Below, in pieces: positions 1 through 12,840 of a DNA stretch of 64,000 nt. The position numbers were made by a program, and so were the translations under genes. Under the pieces are notes generated by a model that saw nothing but the letters and a program-made list of their open reading frames with translations, was not told the origin of the DNA and ran no database searches. The stretch is from the human T2T-CHM13v2.0 reference genome, Homo sapiens. The stretch lies in the NCBI RefSeq assembly GCF_009914755.1, contig NC_060926.1, one strand, 5' to 3'. Within the stretch, counting starts at the first letter, position 1, and each line of letters opens with the position of its first letter.

Positions 1-119
1 ATTATTTAATTTCACTATAAAATGCAAAAGGAAGTTGGTTAAAGTATTCCCTAGAATCACGTGTCTCAGAACAAGACACTTAAACCAATCACCCCCTACC
101 AGTGTACCTGGCATCAGAA

Positions 120-215
120 GGATGCTGGGATGGGGGCTACCCACACTCTTAGAACAGTACCTGGCAGATAGATAGTGGGTCCTCAGTAAATATTTCATAA
201 ATGGATGGATGAGTA
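120..215 (+). mobile_element. L2 3'-end remnant
   Basis: AGAACAGTACCTGGCAGATAG...CTCAGTAAATATTT...ATGGATGGATG resembles the L2 3' tail; boundaries approximate. Confidence 0.5.
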
Positions 216-2274
216 ACAAGTGATCATTGGTCTCTTTGAAGTTCTCCTAGGTCAAAGAACTTATTCAATTTTTCCTTCTTTCATTTTAAGACACCTCTCG
301 CCACATCTTTCTTGTATTAAAGTTCACTCAAAGTGTGTCCAATAAATATTTGCTGAATTTCTCTTTAGAAGGTATCTGAAATCTTTTTCCAGAATTCCTA
401 CCAGTTATTACTAAAGCACCTACAAACTCTAATAGTAGGCACTGCCAAGGTACTTTAAAAATAAAATCTTCCCATAGGAATTTCCAGTTTTAAAAAATCT
501 TACAGAATTCTAACAACATGAGCAGCCCAACTCTCACCCTGGAGATTTTGTCTTCTCTTTCTCCTACATACATTTCTTATTATAGTCACTGCCTATCTTA
601 CCCCAGAGTCCTTGGTTAGTAGCATCCATGTAGCAATTCACTCCTCACATTATCCAAGAAGCTTGCTAAACTCTCCTCTGGGGAATCAGTGGCCCTGACT
701 GGGGATTAGGAATACATACAAATGAATTCAATGCAGTCGTTCTCTGTCCAGCAGTGGGAACAGACCCTAAATAGTCACAGAGTGATGGGAGATGCTATAC
801 CAAGTGCCATGCTGCTAAGAGGAGTGGGGTACTGACTGCCCAGGGAAGCAGTGAAGACAGCTCAGAGAAAGGACACTGGAACAGAGCATGGAAGGATGAG
901 TAGTAGTGGGTCAAGAAAGGAGATGAGGGAGGGCACCGTGAGTAGAAGGGTGACAGTGGCATGTAAGAACAAGTATATTCTAGTAATAGGGAGAAGCCAA
1001 GTATTGTTGAAATCTGGTTTCCCCAGACCACCTCCCCAGGGTGGAAAAGCAATGTCTTCATGCTGAGCTCTGGTTTCCCAAGTTCCTGCTCTAATGCCAC
1101 CATCTGTACCTGAGCTCTCCTGGCAAGATGCTTTAGGCTACCCTTCACGCTGGGCATAACAGGTGTTACCAGTGGTGCCTATGCCTAAGGTAAAGCTGAC
1201 AAATATCCCTGTGCATGAGAAAAACAGAAATCATATCTACCTGGTATAATGAATTACATTTCTTGAGGGAAGAGGTTTTTCTTCACACATTTGTGGATTC
1301 TCAAGAGATGGCATACGATCACACATTATGGGAAACTCCAAACTCTGTTAGCCTTCTGTCATGTCAGTTCTTATAGAACTTTTTATTTATATTTAACTTA
1401 TATCATTGAAGTTACCTAAAATTGAACAGGAAAGAAGTTTCTTTTGGAGGCTCCTTATATTGATTTATTTGATTTGGGGGAAGAGAGCATATTGGTTTTC
1501 TTCATTCAGTAGAGTTACATCTTAAAGTTTAAAAGTAACATTCCAAATTTGGGGACTCTCATCTTTATAATTGTATGCACTACTTCTTTTTATTGTTTCA
1601 AATGGGCAGTCTTTAATTTTTACCAGATTAAATACTTTGATAATTACTGAATTTTAATTTTCATGTAAAACACCATTGCCACACCACTTTTCCCCTGCTT
1701 TATTTTTTTCTTTCTAGAATAAAAATGCTAATTTTTTAGCACTCTGGCACTGTAGCCACACAGCCCAGATTTGAGGCTTGACCTTGAAAACACTATAGAG
1801 TGACATCAATTTCGCAGTCAAGTTACCATAAGGATAGTTTTAGTGCTGGGCAAAACGGGTATATGTCAGCTCACAGGTGTCTCATGCACACTCTCTCTGT
1901 TTTAGTTACCTTGGGTTCATACCATTACATTTCCCTTGCTTTGTGAATCTGAATTTAAACCAGCCTCATCTTAAGCCAATCCTTCAGCTTCCCTCAGGGA
2001 AGACTTCAGCTTGGGTTGAACTGAGCCTTTTCCTTCCCAAGGAGACTTGACGACTGAAAGGCTCCAGTAACTTAGTTCTTTCTGCATTGAGGAATTTGTT
2101 AGGATGGTTGCCATGTATTTAAACACTGTAATAAAAAGCCTGGAGCATTTCCAATCTATTGAGTCCCTCCAGTTCTTTGTGCCACTGTGCCTCTGAGATT
2201 TACCATTTGGTTCTTTAGAAGTTACCTGGACTGGTAATTCTCAAATAAATACCTGGTGCAATGGCTAGTGCTAA

Positions 2275-2420
2275 TGGACTGCAGAAGAATCTGCTGGGAG
2301 CTTGGCAAAAGTAGAGCTTCTTGGGCTTTACACAAAGCAATTCTGATTCAGTAAATTTATGCTGAGGCCCAGGAATATGTATTTTTAGAAATCTCCAGGG
2401 CTTTCTGGAGTCAAGTTCAG
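2275..2420. mobile_element. MER5A-like hAT-Charlie MITE
   Basis: GAATCTGCTGGGAGCTTG...TTCTGATTCAGTAAAT...GAGGCCCAGGAATATGTATTTTTAG matches the MER5A pattern as I recall it. Confidence 0.65.
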
Positions 2421-3074
2421 TTGCCAGAATTTTCTGAAGTTCTTCAACTCTTATCAAAGATGTCCTGAAGGTAAATGAATCACGAACTCTTTCAAACCAT
2501 GAGATGCTTTAGTTTTTCTTCTGCTTATGAGAATAATAATGTGCCTCAAATTGTGATTTGCAATTAATTTCTAGTTTTATTTCATGGTATTAAAAAACAA
2601 AGCATAAATAATTATTACTTTGAAGAACTTCTTGAGATTTTCTTTGTGACTAGAATGTGATTTTTTTTTTTGTAAATGTACCCTTGGCACTTGATAACTA
2701 AAAGATTCAAAGGTATAAAAATAGTGATGAGATCATTCAAGTCAGTTTATTATTTTATTCCGAGTACTTGTTTTGTGAAAAATTGAGAAAAGTATATTAA
2801 AATTTCAGTGTCACTTTTGATTTTCTCTGGTTGAACTTGGATTTCTGTTATTTATGTAAGTATATTAATACCATCATTGAAATTTCACTTGTGTCAAAAA
2901 TATTTAATTTTTAAAACATTATATGTTCTATCAGTATAAAATTGTGTGCCATTTAATATGCTTTTTCTCAAACGCAACTTTATTTTACATTGGTGTTTCC
3001 ACCTCTGTATTCTTTTAGTTTGCATCACGTACTTTAAAACTTTTATTATCATTTGTTTTGGGCATGTTTACTGC

Positions 3075-3235
3075 ATTGAGAACTAGGCTCTGAGGTTACA
3101 CTATGTCTTGGATCCTGATTCTAATACTTATTTGCTATGTGATCTTGGGCAAATTTCTCAATATCTATAAGCAGTTCAATGAGTTTAGGTAAGACCTTCA
3201 CACATGATACTCAATAAGTATTAGCCATTATATGA
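3075..3235 (+). mobile_element. MIR SINE remnant
   Basis: MIR core GATCCTGATTCTAATACTTATTTGCTATGTGATCTTGGGCAAATTTCTCAAT and tail ATACTCAATAAGTATTAGCCATTA. Confidence 0.65.
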
Positions 3236-3329
3236 TAATGGTAAAAATAGTAGTAGTCATGGTAGTTGAGTAAAAGAGTAGAAGTAATATCATCCACTAT
3301 TTCATTGTATGCTATTTTATTATCCTGTC

Positions 3330-4600
3330 TTCTTCTATTTTTTTAAATGTCTTTTACTATTGCTTGTTTGTCCCTTAAGTTTTCTCTAGAGATCTGAAAT
3401 CTATATATTCTTTTTATGCTATTAATGATTTACATATAGTAATTTAAATTCTACATATTTAAAGTCTGACTTAGCTCCATGTTTTCACCTGTCAAAAATG
3501 AAAGGTAGATATCGAGCTTTCTTTTGAGATATCTAAAAATATATTGCTTTTATATTCTTTAATTTCCTGCCTAATTTACCAGTTTTCTTTTTAAATAATC
3601 TTAGATCTAAATGGTTGTTCATTTTTTATATGATGTGTATTCTTTATAAAGAATTATTTTGACATTTATATTGGCTTATAACCATAATAACATTTATTTA
3701 AACATTATTTATCTTAAAGACTCATTACTGTTTTTTTTCACATTTTCCTTTCCAGATACTTTATACTTTCACCAATGAGTTTAAGCTAATCATTAAGTAA
3801 TGTTTTTACATTTGGATATATGGTTGGAATATCTGTTTTCCTACATGTTTCTGTTAGTATTGCACACACATAAATGATTGTCTGGATTTAGAATTTCTAG
3901 GTTATAGTCTTTCCTGTAAATAGATATAATTCAATTATCTTTGGGCATTTAGTATTTCAAAGGGAAAATCTGATGATAATTTTATATACATATGTGTGTG
4001 ATATTTACATGTTTATTACAGTTCATATATTTATATACACATATGGGTGAGCATTATCTATCTATCTATCATCTATATAATCTTTTCTTTGAAGATAACA
4101 GAACAGTAATGGGATGTTTTATCTTCAAAAATCAACAGTTTTGCTCAGCAATTGCTAACTGGGGGATTACTTTTCATTAATTTTACCTAATATTTGATGC
4201 ATCTTGTTGAAATTATTTTTTTATTTTTTTCTAAATCCAGAAAGTTGTCTATTAATACACTGTCTATTGCTTTTCCTCCATTTACTATTTCACCTCTTGT
4301 AGAATCCTTAGGGAGTTCTTATATCTGCCCTCAGTCACGTATCTTTTATTTCATCATGTGAATATACTCATGTTTTCTCTGATTTTGGGAAGAGTTCCCC
4401 CTCTTACCTTCTAATTCTCTTACTCAGCTTTCGGTAGTATTTAATGTGTTGATCACACAATCCTATGTGTTTTAAATTTATGAATCATAATTTTCATCTC
4501 CAATGAAACATTCTAGGTAGTAAAATTTTCCTTTTGCATGATTGCCTGCTCTTGAGATATAAAAGCAACATCCTCACAAGTCTTATTAAGAATACCAATT
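3330..4600 (-). mobile_element. Ancient L1M/HAL1-type LINE fragment, highly decayed
   Basis: T-rich block with antisense old-L1 motifs (TGTCTGGATTTAGAATTTCTAGG, GAAAATCTGATGATAATTTT); boundaries uncertain. Confidence 0.4.
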
Positions 4601-5148
4601 AGTGTCTTTTTAAACTTGATGGTTTCACAGTGAGTAAATGGCAAAGCTACATTTCTGATCCCAAACCCTGAATTCTTAATCCCTATGTTTTACAGTCCCT
4701 TGTTTTAATACCTGTAAGTATAAGATCTTTCTTTACTTTTAAAATTTTTTTTAAAAAGGCACATTATGTTCAGATGCTCATAGTTTCATTAAATTTGACT
4801 GGTTAATGGTGAACCTTTTTTTTACATCTGAAAACTAGGCTCTTTTCCAGTTTAAAAAGGTGTCCTATTACAGCTCGATTATTTCTCTTGTGTATTTGTC
4901 TATTTCCTTCTCAAAAAATAGCAGTTGCCCCAATGTCTTTGCTCAGAATTCTGGGAGCACTTCCTTGGTTAACATCTATCAGTTGATAAGCTTTTCTGTG
5001 GCACGGATCTTGCTGATGAGGAATTTCATTTTCATAAAGTTAATCACAGGAAATGAAAGTCACCCTGCATCCTGGAAAGAGTGCTGCGCTGGAAGGAAAT
5101 GTATCACCTTTCTGTGGCCAGTAGATGGGTGCTAATGAGGTACCTCAC

Positions 5149-5244
5149 CTCTCTGTAAGCCTTGGTGGTCTCCTTTCAAAATGGGGAGAATAATAGTTGC
5201 CACATCTGCCCACAAGATCAAGGGAAATAAGGCATGGGATAGTG
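5149..5244 (-). other. Candidate MIR-derived exon (96 nt) of a putative minus-strand transcript
   Basis: Minus-strand acceptor TTTTTCAATTTCTGCAG|C and donor GAG|GTGAGG; the body is MIR-like (ATTATTCTCCCCATTTTGAAAGGAGA). No transcript evidence available. Confidence 0.25.
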
Positions 5245-5707
5245 CTGCAGAAATTGAAAAATATATCCTTAAACACTCAGAAATTTTAAAAGCTATTTTT
5301 AGTGCCAGATCCTGGACAATGATCAATGCATATAAAATATCACTGCTGAAAACAAACTAGTCTGAAACAAGTAGTCCAGGACCATCATGTTACAAATGAG
5401 AAAGCTAGGGTCTAAAGAATTTAAGTGACTTGCTCATGGTATCCCAGTTAGTAATAGACAGGGAGTAAATCCCTGCAACTCTCCAGCAAAGAGATCTGTG
5501 TTATTTTTATTTGTGCTTGAGACACATTTTTCACCCAGGAACAATGTGGTAAAAGCCAGGTCACTTGCTTTAAAGGCTCTTTGAGATTTTTCTGAGACTT
5601 TTTTTATATGTAGATGTCTTAGAGAGTTAATCTGGGGTGTAGGAAGTGAACTACCTTGGCTGGATGCTACAGGCCACTTCCCTGGGTTTTCTGAAATGGT
5701 TCTTCCT

Positions 5708-6011
5708 GGCCTGGCGCGGTGGCTCACGCCTGTAATCCCAGCACTTTGGGAGGCCGAGGAGGGCGGATCACGAGGTCCCGAGATCAAGACCATCCTGGCT
5801 AACACGGTGAAACCCCATCTCTACTAAAAATACAAAAAATTAGCCGGGCATGTGGCGGGCGCCTGCAGTCCCAGCTACTCGGGAGGCTGAGACAGGAGAA
5901 TGGCGTGAACCCGGGAAGGGGAGCTTGCAGTGAGCCGAGATCACTGCCACTGCACTCTAGCCTGGGCAACAGAGAGAAACTCTGTCTCGAAAAAAAGAAA
6001 AAGAAAAAAAA
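5708..6011 (+). mobile_element. AluY, full length
   Basis: Y-type features ACCATCCTGGCTAACACGGTG, GAGAATGGCGTGAACCCGGGA and GAGCTTGCAG; A-rich tail; TSD GAAATGGTTCTTC(C/T)T at 5693-5707 and 6012-6026. Confidence 0.95.
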
Positions 6012-8381
6012 GAAATGGTTCTTCTTGCTGAAGGATAAGAACAGCTTCCCCAGGGAAAGTACAGTCTTCACAGATGAGTGAGTTCCCTAACTTTTTTTCT
6101 GGGATGCTCCTGTTAGAGCAAAACTTGAAGTAAAGAAACTAAAAAAAGCAAAATCTTACTCTGTGGAAGAGATAATCAAACAACATAATTTCAGTAATGT
6201 TCTAAGATATCCCAAATATTATAACCAGCATTATAACTAACATGATAGATTAATATGCAACACAAGGGAAGAATGATAAACTACAGCAAGCCCCCACATA
6301 AAACCCCACCTTTTCTTCTTGTCGAAACCCCCAGATGTGCACCAAGTGATCAGTTTTTCCATTAAAAGTTCAAAAGATGGAATCCAGATGTTTCTTTCAG
6401 CTCCATGCCCTTTGACCTCTCATGCATTTACTTGCTCTTGGAGTTTTTGGTCACATGACTCTCTGAACTTTATGTTCTACCTAAATAGCTCTGAAATTTA
6501 CTCTATGATAATGGAGCATAGAGTTGTTTGGGTTGGGGATCAATTTCATGTCTATGAAATGTTGCTGAAACTTTAAAGTTTTTTCTTTCAATTTTTTTTC
6601 AAAAGACTGTCTGTGTTTAAGTCATGTTATCACTAGTCTATCTGGAATTTTAAGTGCTAAACATTTCAAGTGCCAAATGTTTGACCCACTTTGGCAATAA
6701 AGGGTTGCAATGGATGAAGGTACTAGAAGATAAATTATCTTTCTTAGTATTGCAAACAGAGCATTCATAGACACGTCACTGTGATGAGGTGGACAAAATG
6801 TTCTAAGAAACAAATTGCTTAAAAGGTATTTCTTGGCTTTCAATAACCAATCAGAAAACCATCTACACTTGCACAACGTAGCAACAAAAATTGCTTTGAA
6901 GAAGATAAACAGCTCTCCACCCTGGACACAAATGTGGTAGTTCCTAGGCATAGGATGGTAATAGGATCCTTTGAAAATTTAAAACGAAAGCATGTGGAAA
7001 ATTACACATTTACAGTGGCAACTATTCAATGTGATGTGGAAAGTCAGTTGTAATATATAATGATAACTGAAGAATGCGGCATGTGAACTTATTTTTTCTC
7101 TAGCTCTATGAGCAGTTCCCAAATTGATTAGAAGTAGTAGTTATAAATTTAGATTCCTGCTGTGGAAAATAACAGTAAAGCCATGTTCATTTTTAACGTT
7201 TTTCAAAGGTCCTTAGAAATGCCATTTTTCATACCATAAATCTGTGGTAGTTGAATGTTGGGTTGCTTTCTCAAAGGAATGTTGAGAGTACGGTTGCAGT
7301 TTGCTGTGGTCAAGCTTGGTGGAAAGAGTCACTAATGGGGACCCAAAAGGATTCTTAGAGTATCTGACCAATGTTGTTTTTGACGAAATCATATTGCTAC
7401 AACTGAGAAAGATTAGAGAAAAAAAAACAGTTATCTGAGACTAAAATGATTCTTACCAATTATATTTGGCAGGTTTTCACCCGTTAATATTTTGTTCCTG
7501 GAAAGGCCTGTTCTGGAAAAAGAGAGATGCTGGCTTATCCATGTAGGGCAGATCCAACTAGGGAAAGCAAAATAGCACCTCAACATTATTCCTCTCTGAA
7601 AATCTAACTTATTCACTGAGTCTTCTGATACACGGTTTGTTTGGATAGGAGGCAACTGGTTCCCTGGTTCCCATGCCCACCACGAGGCAAGTTAGTCCAC
7701 AGAATAGGAAAACCGACCTCCTATTTGTTTCCTGGGACTAGGAAGATGACTTTGCCACTTGAAAAATGAATTATTTTCCTACATTTCTTATCACCTCTGT
7801 TATAGGTGACGAATGTAAATTACAAAGTAAAAAATATTTATCTATAGTCTTTAAAGCTATAAAAACAGTTTTTACAGTACTTTTTTTTTACTCTTAGTGT
7901 AATAATTAGGTAACATATATTGCTACTCAATTTACCCACTTTTCATTTCATCTGGCTCTGTGACTTGCATTTATTTCAATGGCATTAACTAATACAGATG
8001 GAGTAATATAACAAAATTGACAACTGGCAAATAGATCAATATCAAGTAAGAGGATTTCTATAGCTAGTGTTCTACTAGCCAGGTAGTAAAATAAGGCAAT
8101 TATTTGGTAATTTAGGTACAAGTAGAATTCTATTTGTTAAAGAATGGGAATCAAAATGATATGCATAATTGGCTGCATATCTTATTCATTCATTTACTTA
8201 ATCATTCATTTATTTGACAAATATTTATTAAGTGCCAAAGGATAAAACATGGTTCTTTGTCTTACAGAGCGTATAATGGAGTTAGGATGACTGGATACAC
8301 ATGTAAGTCATCATCTTTACGTGCTTATTGTCACTTGGATCTGGCAGGTTGACTATTGAATAGTACCCGACTGGCACTAAT

Positions 8382-8611
8382 AAAATTGCTAAACTGCTGT
8401 ATTTCAAGTTACTTCTATTTTGCAACACTTTAATGGAATTATATAATTGTCACATCAGGAAAAACAAATTATTTGAAAATGACTCAAACATAGTAAAAGT
8501 AGACTGATCCATAAATGTATTAATAATTAAATTAGACATTTATACTTTCACATGTTTCTTAAAGTAGCAATTCTCATTTTAACACCAAGTCTGCCTCCTG
8601 AAGGACTTTAT
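8382..8611 (+). repeat. Local duplication A, copy 1 (~230 bp)
   Basis: AAAATTGCTAAACTGCTGTATTTC...AAGGACTTTAT aligns with 9365-9596 at about 93% by manual count. Confidence 0.95.
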
Positions 8612-8881
8612 ACATTTTCTCATGAGCCATTTGTGGCTTGGTCAGTGCTTTCATTTTTATTCTTGTGTCTTCTTTTCCTTCTTCTGTCAGACCGTGACTT
8701 GCTGTCTTAGGCCCTAACATCCTCATTAATATGGATATCTTTGTCAATGGTACTGCTGTTGGTAGAATAACTGGTAAGTTGAGATAGAGTGGCAGTTTCC
8801 ATTCAACTTTATTTCACTTTTTCTGCTTTGAATGAAAACTCGGGCTACTTGCAACAATTCTGGTCACTGTCTAATAATAAA

Positions 8882-8926
8882 GAGTCACTGGGTCACTTCA
8901 GTTCATTAAGTCACAGAACCAAGTCA
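8882..8926 (+). promoter_or_regulatory. Nuclear-receptor half-site cluster including a DR4
   Basis: GAGTCA-ct-GGGTCA-cttc-AGTTCA-tt-AAGTCA-cagaacc-AAGTCA; motif match only. Confidence 0.3.
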
Positions 8927-8976
8927 CAAAATAATTAAAAGACCCAATCACATCAGAACTCCAAAGCCTGACTTAC

Positions 8977-9025
8977 CTTTAAGTTGCCTCTCAACTCTAG
9001 CTTGTACCTGCTTAAGGCTGAGACC
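8977..9025 (-). other. Candidate exon (49 nt) of a putative minus-strand transcript
   Basis: Minus-strand acceptor CTTTCCACACACTCACTGTTGCAG|G and consensus donor AAG|GTAAGT. Confidence 0.35.
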
Positions 9026-9364
9026 CTGCAACAGTGAGTGTGTGGAAAGCATTTGTCTTTCTATTGGACTCTGTCTCAGCTTACACAGATAGCTTCCCCC
9101 ACCCTCCACCTGTGGCTTTTCTCCTACCCCGGGGTTGAAGGTAGGAGTGACAGAGAGTGGGGAGAGGTAAGGGGATAGAAAAATGCCACTTTGCTGAGAA
9201 GTACCATGCTCTCTGGATCTGGTGTACTGTTAAACTCATTCTTTCCTTGTGGGCACATATTTATCCTATTAAGAGATTCCTTGCTAGAGCTTTTCCTCCT
9301 GAAGTTCTCTTAACTCTGGTGGATGAAACTGTATTCCAGGTAGTCACTGAAACTTCTTGAGAAG

Positions 9365-9596
9365 AAAATTGCTAAACTGCTGTATTTCAGGTTACTTCTA
9401 TTTTGCAGCACATTAATGGAATTATATAATTGTCACATTAGGAAAAACAGAAATTATTTGAAATTGACTCAAACATAGTAAAAGTAGACTGATCCATAAA
9501 TTTATTAATAATTAAATTAGACATTTATACTGTCACATGTTTCTTAAAGTAGCACTTCTACTTTTAATACCTAGTCTGCTTCCCAAAGGACTTTAT
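9365..9596 (+). repeat. Local duplication A, copy 2
   Basis: Direct repeat of 8382-8611, offset by about 983 bp. Confidence 0.95.
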
Positions 9597-11634
9597 TGGC
9601 CCCTTGGGGGACACCTGTACCTTGTGGGTGCTGAGTGTGTCATTGCTCCAGGAGATCATATTGGACAGAACCCAATGCAATGCCACACTGGTCTTCTCTT
9701 CCACACCTCCCTCACGTGATTCATGGGAGACACGCTTGCATCTCTTGTCTTGCCAACTCAGAAAGTGCAGGCCAGTCTCTCCGCCACTACCTTCCACCAC
9801 CAATGCAGGCAGCCAGCCAGCCTTCTCCAGATCACATGAGAGGTGCTGGCATTCCTGCGATCACAAAGGGCCCTCGGACGCCTGAGGCTGCAGGCAGACC
9901 CAAATTCACCATCCCAAGAGTCAGGCATTAGTCAGGGACCCAGCTCGTGTTAAGTAGTTTCCTGAAACTCTGCTCACTTGGTTTATGTGAGTATGAACAC
10001 CCCCTTCCACTCACCCACAGGAAGGGAAGATGAAATGACAACACTGGAAACTCTCTCAAAAAAAAAATCCTCCCCACTCTTCTTGAAAAAAATCCTCTTT
10101 CCTCTGTAATCTCTTTTATCTGCTGCATCTGGTTGAGTGGTCAAAGAGTTCGGAAACAGTTTCTGAGATCATTCTTTTTATCAGTCTTTATAAGCACAGG
10201 AGAGGGGGGGTCCATCTACCACCCCTTTGTGCATCATATCTATCACCTTAGGGTCTCAGTGAAGACTGGGGCAGGGAGAGTCCCAGGCCAGCTTTCATTT
10301 GTGGTAGTATTTGGAATATGAGAAATGAGTGATTTAATTTTTCTAATATATATGAGGGGCTGCCCTTTCTGAATAAAATAAATCTGCTACTTATATGGTC
10401 CTGTCCCTTGGAAGTCTACCTCACATTTAGTCCATTCCTCTATCTCAGATAGGTAGAGACAATTTATTGAACTTTATAAACCACAGAATTTGAGGTGCGT
10501 AGCTTCTAGGTATGGCCCCAAAGCACACTGATGCCTTGGGAAATCCAGATTCTCTGTGTCCAGTATGTTCCATGGGCTACCTCAGAGATTCCAGAGTTTA
10601 GCAGATTATTTACCAATAAATAATCAAAACGCTGTTAAGTGTTGAGAGAAAGGGAATGAATTCCAGGCTGAAGTGACCATAGAAGGCTCTCCTCAGATGG
10701 GGCTACTTCTTTTTAGCCATTCTTATAGCTCCAGGTAATGAGTCGCAACCAATTAGCAATCCTCCTAGAAGGTCTAGGTTAGTCATTCATGATTGACTCT
10801 AGCATCAATGAAAGCTTCAGGCCTAAAATCAGCCCAATGCTTAAATTCTTATAAAGGAAAGAAAAATACGGCTTGGATTTTAAATTTTACACTGTTCTGA
10901 ACTTAAAAAGAGTACTTAAAACACAAGTCACAAGGATTGACCAGGGCAATTCAGAAAAGCTTATTCAAGGGGTGTTGGTGCTTGCAAAAGATCAAATCAT
11001 TTGTTGATTTCATAAACTGTATAAACTGTGTTAACATTGCACAAATACTTTTTCTTAAGACTAGTAATGGACATATCAGGCCTTGTTGCCTTTCCCACAT
11101 GAAGCAGTGTAAATTAATTTGTCCCAGCTTACACCTCTGTTGTCGAATCAACACGGTCTGGCCGCCTTTTGTGAAATGCCAACTAATGGATCAAAGCCTC
11201 TGGAGAATGACCCCTATTTTCCCCCAAATATGTGTGGTTTTCTGGAAATCCATATCTCTCACCTCTTTAAATGTCTGTGGGTTATTGTGAGAAGACAGTT
11301 CCCATCATTTTTACTTAGGCCCATCTTGTTCCTAATTTGCAGCCTGTAAGCCATCTGAGTGTTCCACGCCCATGAAGGTCATGTTTTAGTGGGTTGTCCA
11401 TGTTTCTGCCCAGTGACGTGCATTCTAATTCTGGCTGTCCCATCTCTGTTTCTAGTTCCATCTGAAGCAAGCCCAGGTTGGTTCTTTGTGGCTGCCTTAA
11501 CCTTCCTTACTATACAGGTCACTGTGAAGACCATCTGCTTCCTAGGAGAAGATGCTAGGAAAGAAAGCACCAGTCAGACATTTCAGCCATATAGGGGCTG
11601 AGTTAATATTAATTATTAATATTAACATTAGATT

Positions 11635-11812
11635 AATATTGTGAATGTACATAATATTTATCCTTTTAGCCATTCATAGGTATACAATTCAGTGGCATTA
11701 AGTACAATCACAATGCTCTAGAATCATCACCGTTATCAACACCCAACACTTTTTCATCATCCCCAACAGAAACTCTGTACCGTTAAACAGTAACTCCCCT
11801 TTACCCACTTTC
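11635..11812 (-). mobile_element. L1MB-type 3' end fragment
   Basis: TATACAATTCAGTGGCATTAAGTACAATCACAATG...TTTTTCATCATCCCCAACAGAAACTCTGTACC is an antisense L1MB 3' UTR. Confidence 0.8.
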
Positions 11813-12729
11813 TTTAATAACAATGAAAGATACCCAGGTGGGAGAGGAGACTGTTGAGTCAGGGTCCTCTTAGCACTGCTTAGAAATTCCCATGGTAGAC
11901 AATGGATGGGAGAGGAAAAAAAATAGACTAAAAATCCAAATGCTGTCTCATGTAGTATATAAGGAAAAGCTGGGGAAATGTGCCTTTCTGTTGATTGAAG
12001 TCATTTTCAAGATTTCAGTGTTTTGGTTAGCTTTTATTTTCTTTCTTCATATCCAAGCAAATTAAATATAAGCAAAAACTGGAGGAGACACCACTATGGC
12101 CCTGACATGGAGGAGAAAAGGGATGTTCTTGACTACCTAACATATGCCTTGCTTTCAAGACAAGCTGCAAAATAGGTTACTTGGGCAGGCAGTGCACTCC
12201 AAAGATCCTGGCTCAGGGCAATGGGACCAGATGACAAGTTGATAAAGACCAGGGCTGGCCTCCACCCCCTCTCTGCCTCTCAGGAATGACCCTCCCACCG
12301 GCATGGCTGTGCAAAAGGACAATCCATTTTAACAGGCTGAGTAGCTCCAGGGGCTCAACAAAAGCAAATAAGCTCCATGTCCCACAGTAAATCGTCTCTA
12401 GCTGAATGATGTCTGGTTCCTTTCTGGAAAGAATGTTCTTCCCTGAGTTGTAGTTTGCCAAGGGTCAAATATGACTGAAATGAAGTGTTGCTAATAGTGA
12501 TTGAAAAGGATTCCTACTGTTTGTGGCCAGTGCTGGGTAGTAGAAAGGCCAAATTTGTGGGCCAGAAAACAGCAGGAGACAATAAACTTTCCCCGAGACT
12601 TACTAAACTTTAAGTCACCTCTGCTCCCCCAGCCATTCTGTCAGCCCTGTTTGGGGGAAACTGATATTATAATTGCTAATCTCAGCAAGGGCCTAACGTG
12701 CAACCTGAAGCTTTTTTCAGCCTTTGGTG

Positions 12730-12840
12730 CAATTAGGGCGGAGGGCAAGGCCCACAGACACCGGCGGGCTCTGCCCCCTCCTCCCAAATTGCCCCACTTG
12801 GGTTTCCTCCACACCCTGACATCCTCTGTAGACAGGTAAC
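12730..12840 (+). promoter_or_regulatory. GC-box/KLF motif cluster, promoter- or enhancer-like
   Basis: GGGCGG at 12736-12741, GCCCCCTCCTCCC, and CCACACCC at 12809-12816 in locally GC-rich DNA, followed by CAG|GTAACT. Confidence 0.3.

Noticed and set aside
5115-5134. CTCF-like TGGCCAGTAGATGGGTGCTA, and GCCACTAGAGGCA at about 32996-33008
   Set aside because: Each has a one-base indel or mismatch in the conserved core (CCASYAGRKGGC); unsupported without ChIP data.
5434-6071. ORFs of 90-123 aa, and similar ones at 27263, 30069, 33060, 38113 and 58483
   Set aside because: Typical Alu-derived translations (for example [13 protein letters not shown] and LPRLECSG).
8382-9596. Interpretation of duplication A as the two LTRs of a miniature retroelement
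   Set aside because: No TG...CA termini, primer-binding site, polypurine tract or 4-6-bp TSD seen.
10937-11601. Cluster of overlapping 60-117-aa ORFs in unique DNA, and similar clusters at 9537-10321, 12501-13282 and 53371-53711
   Set aside because: No recognisable domains, many near-cognate starts and no consistent exon structure; consistent with chance ORFs.
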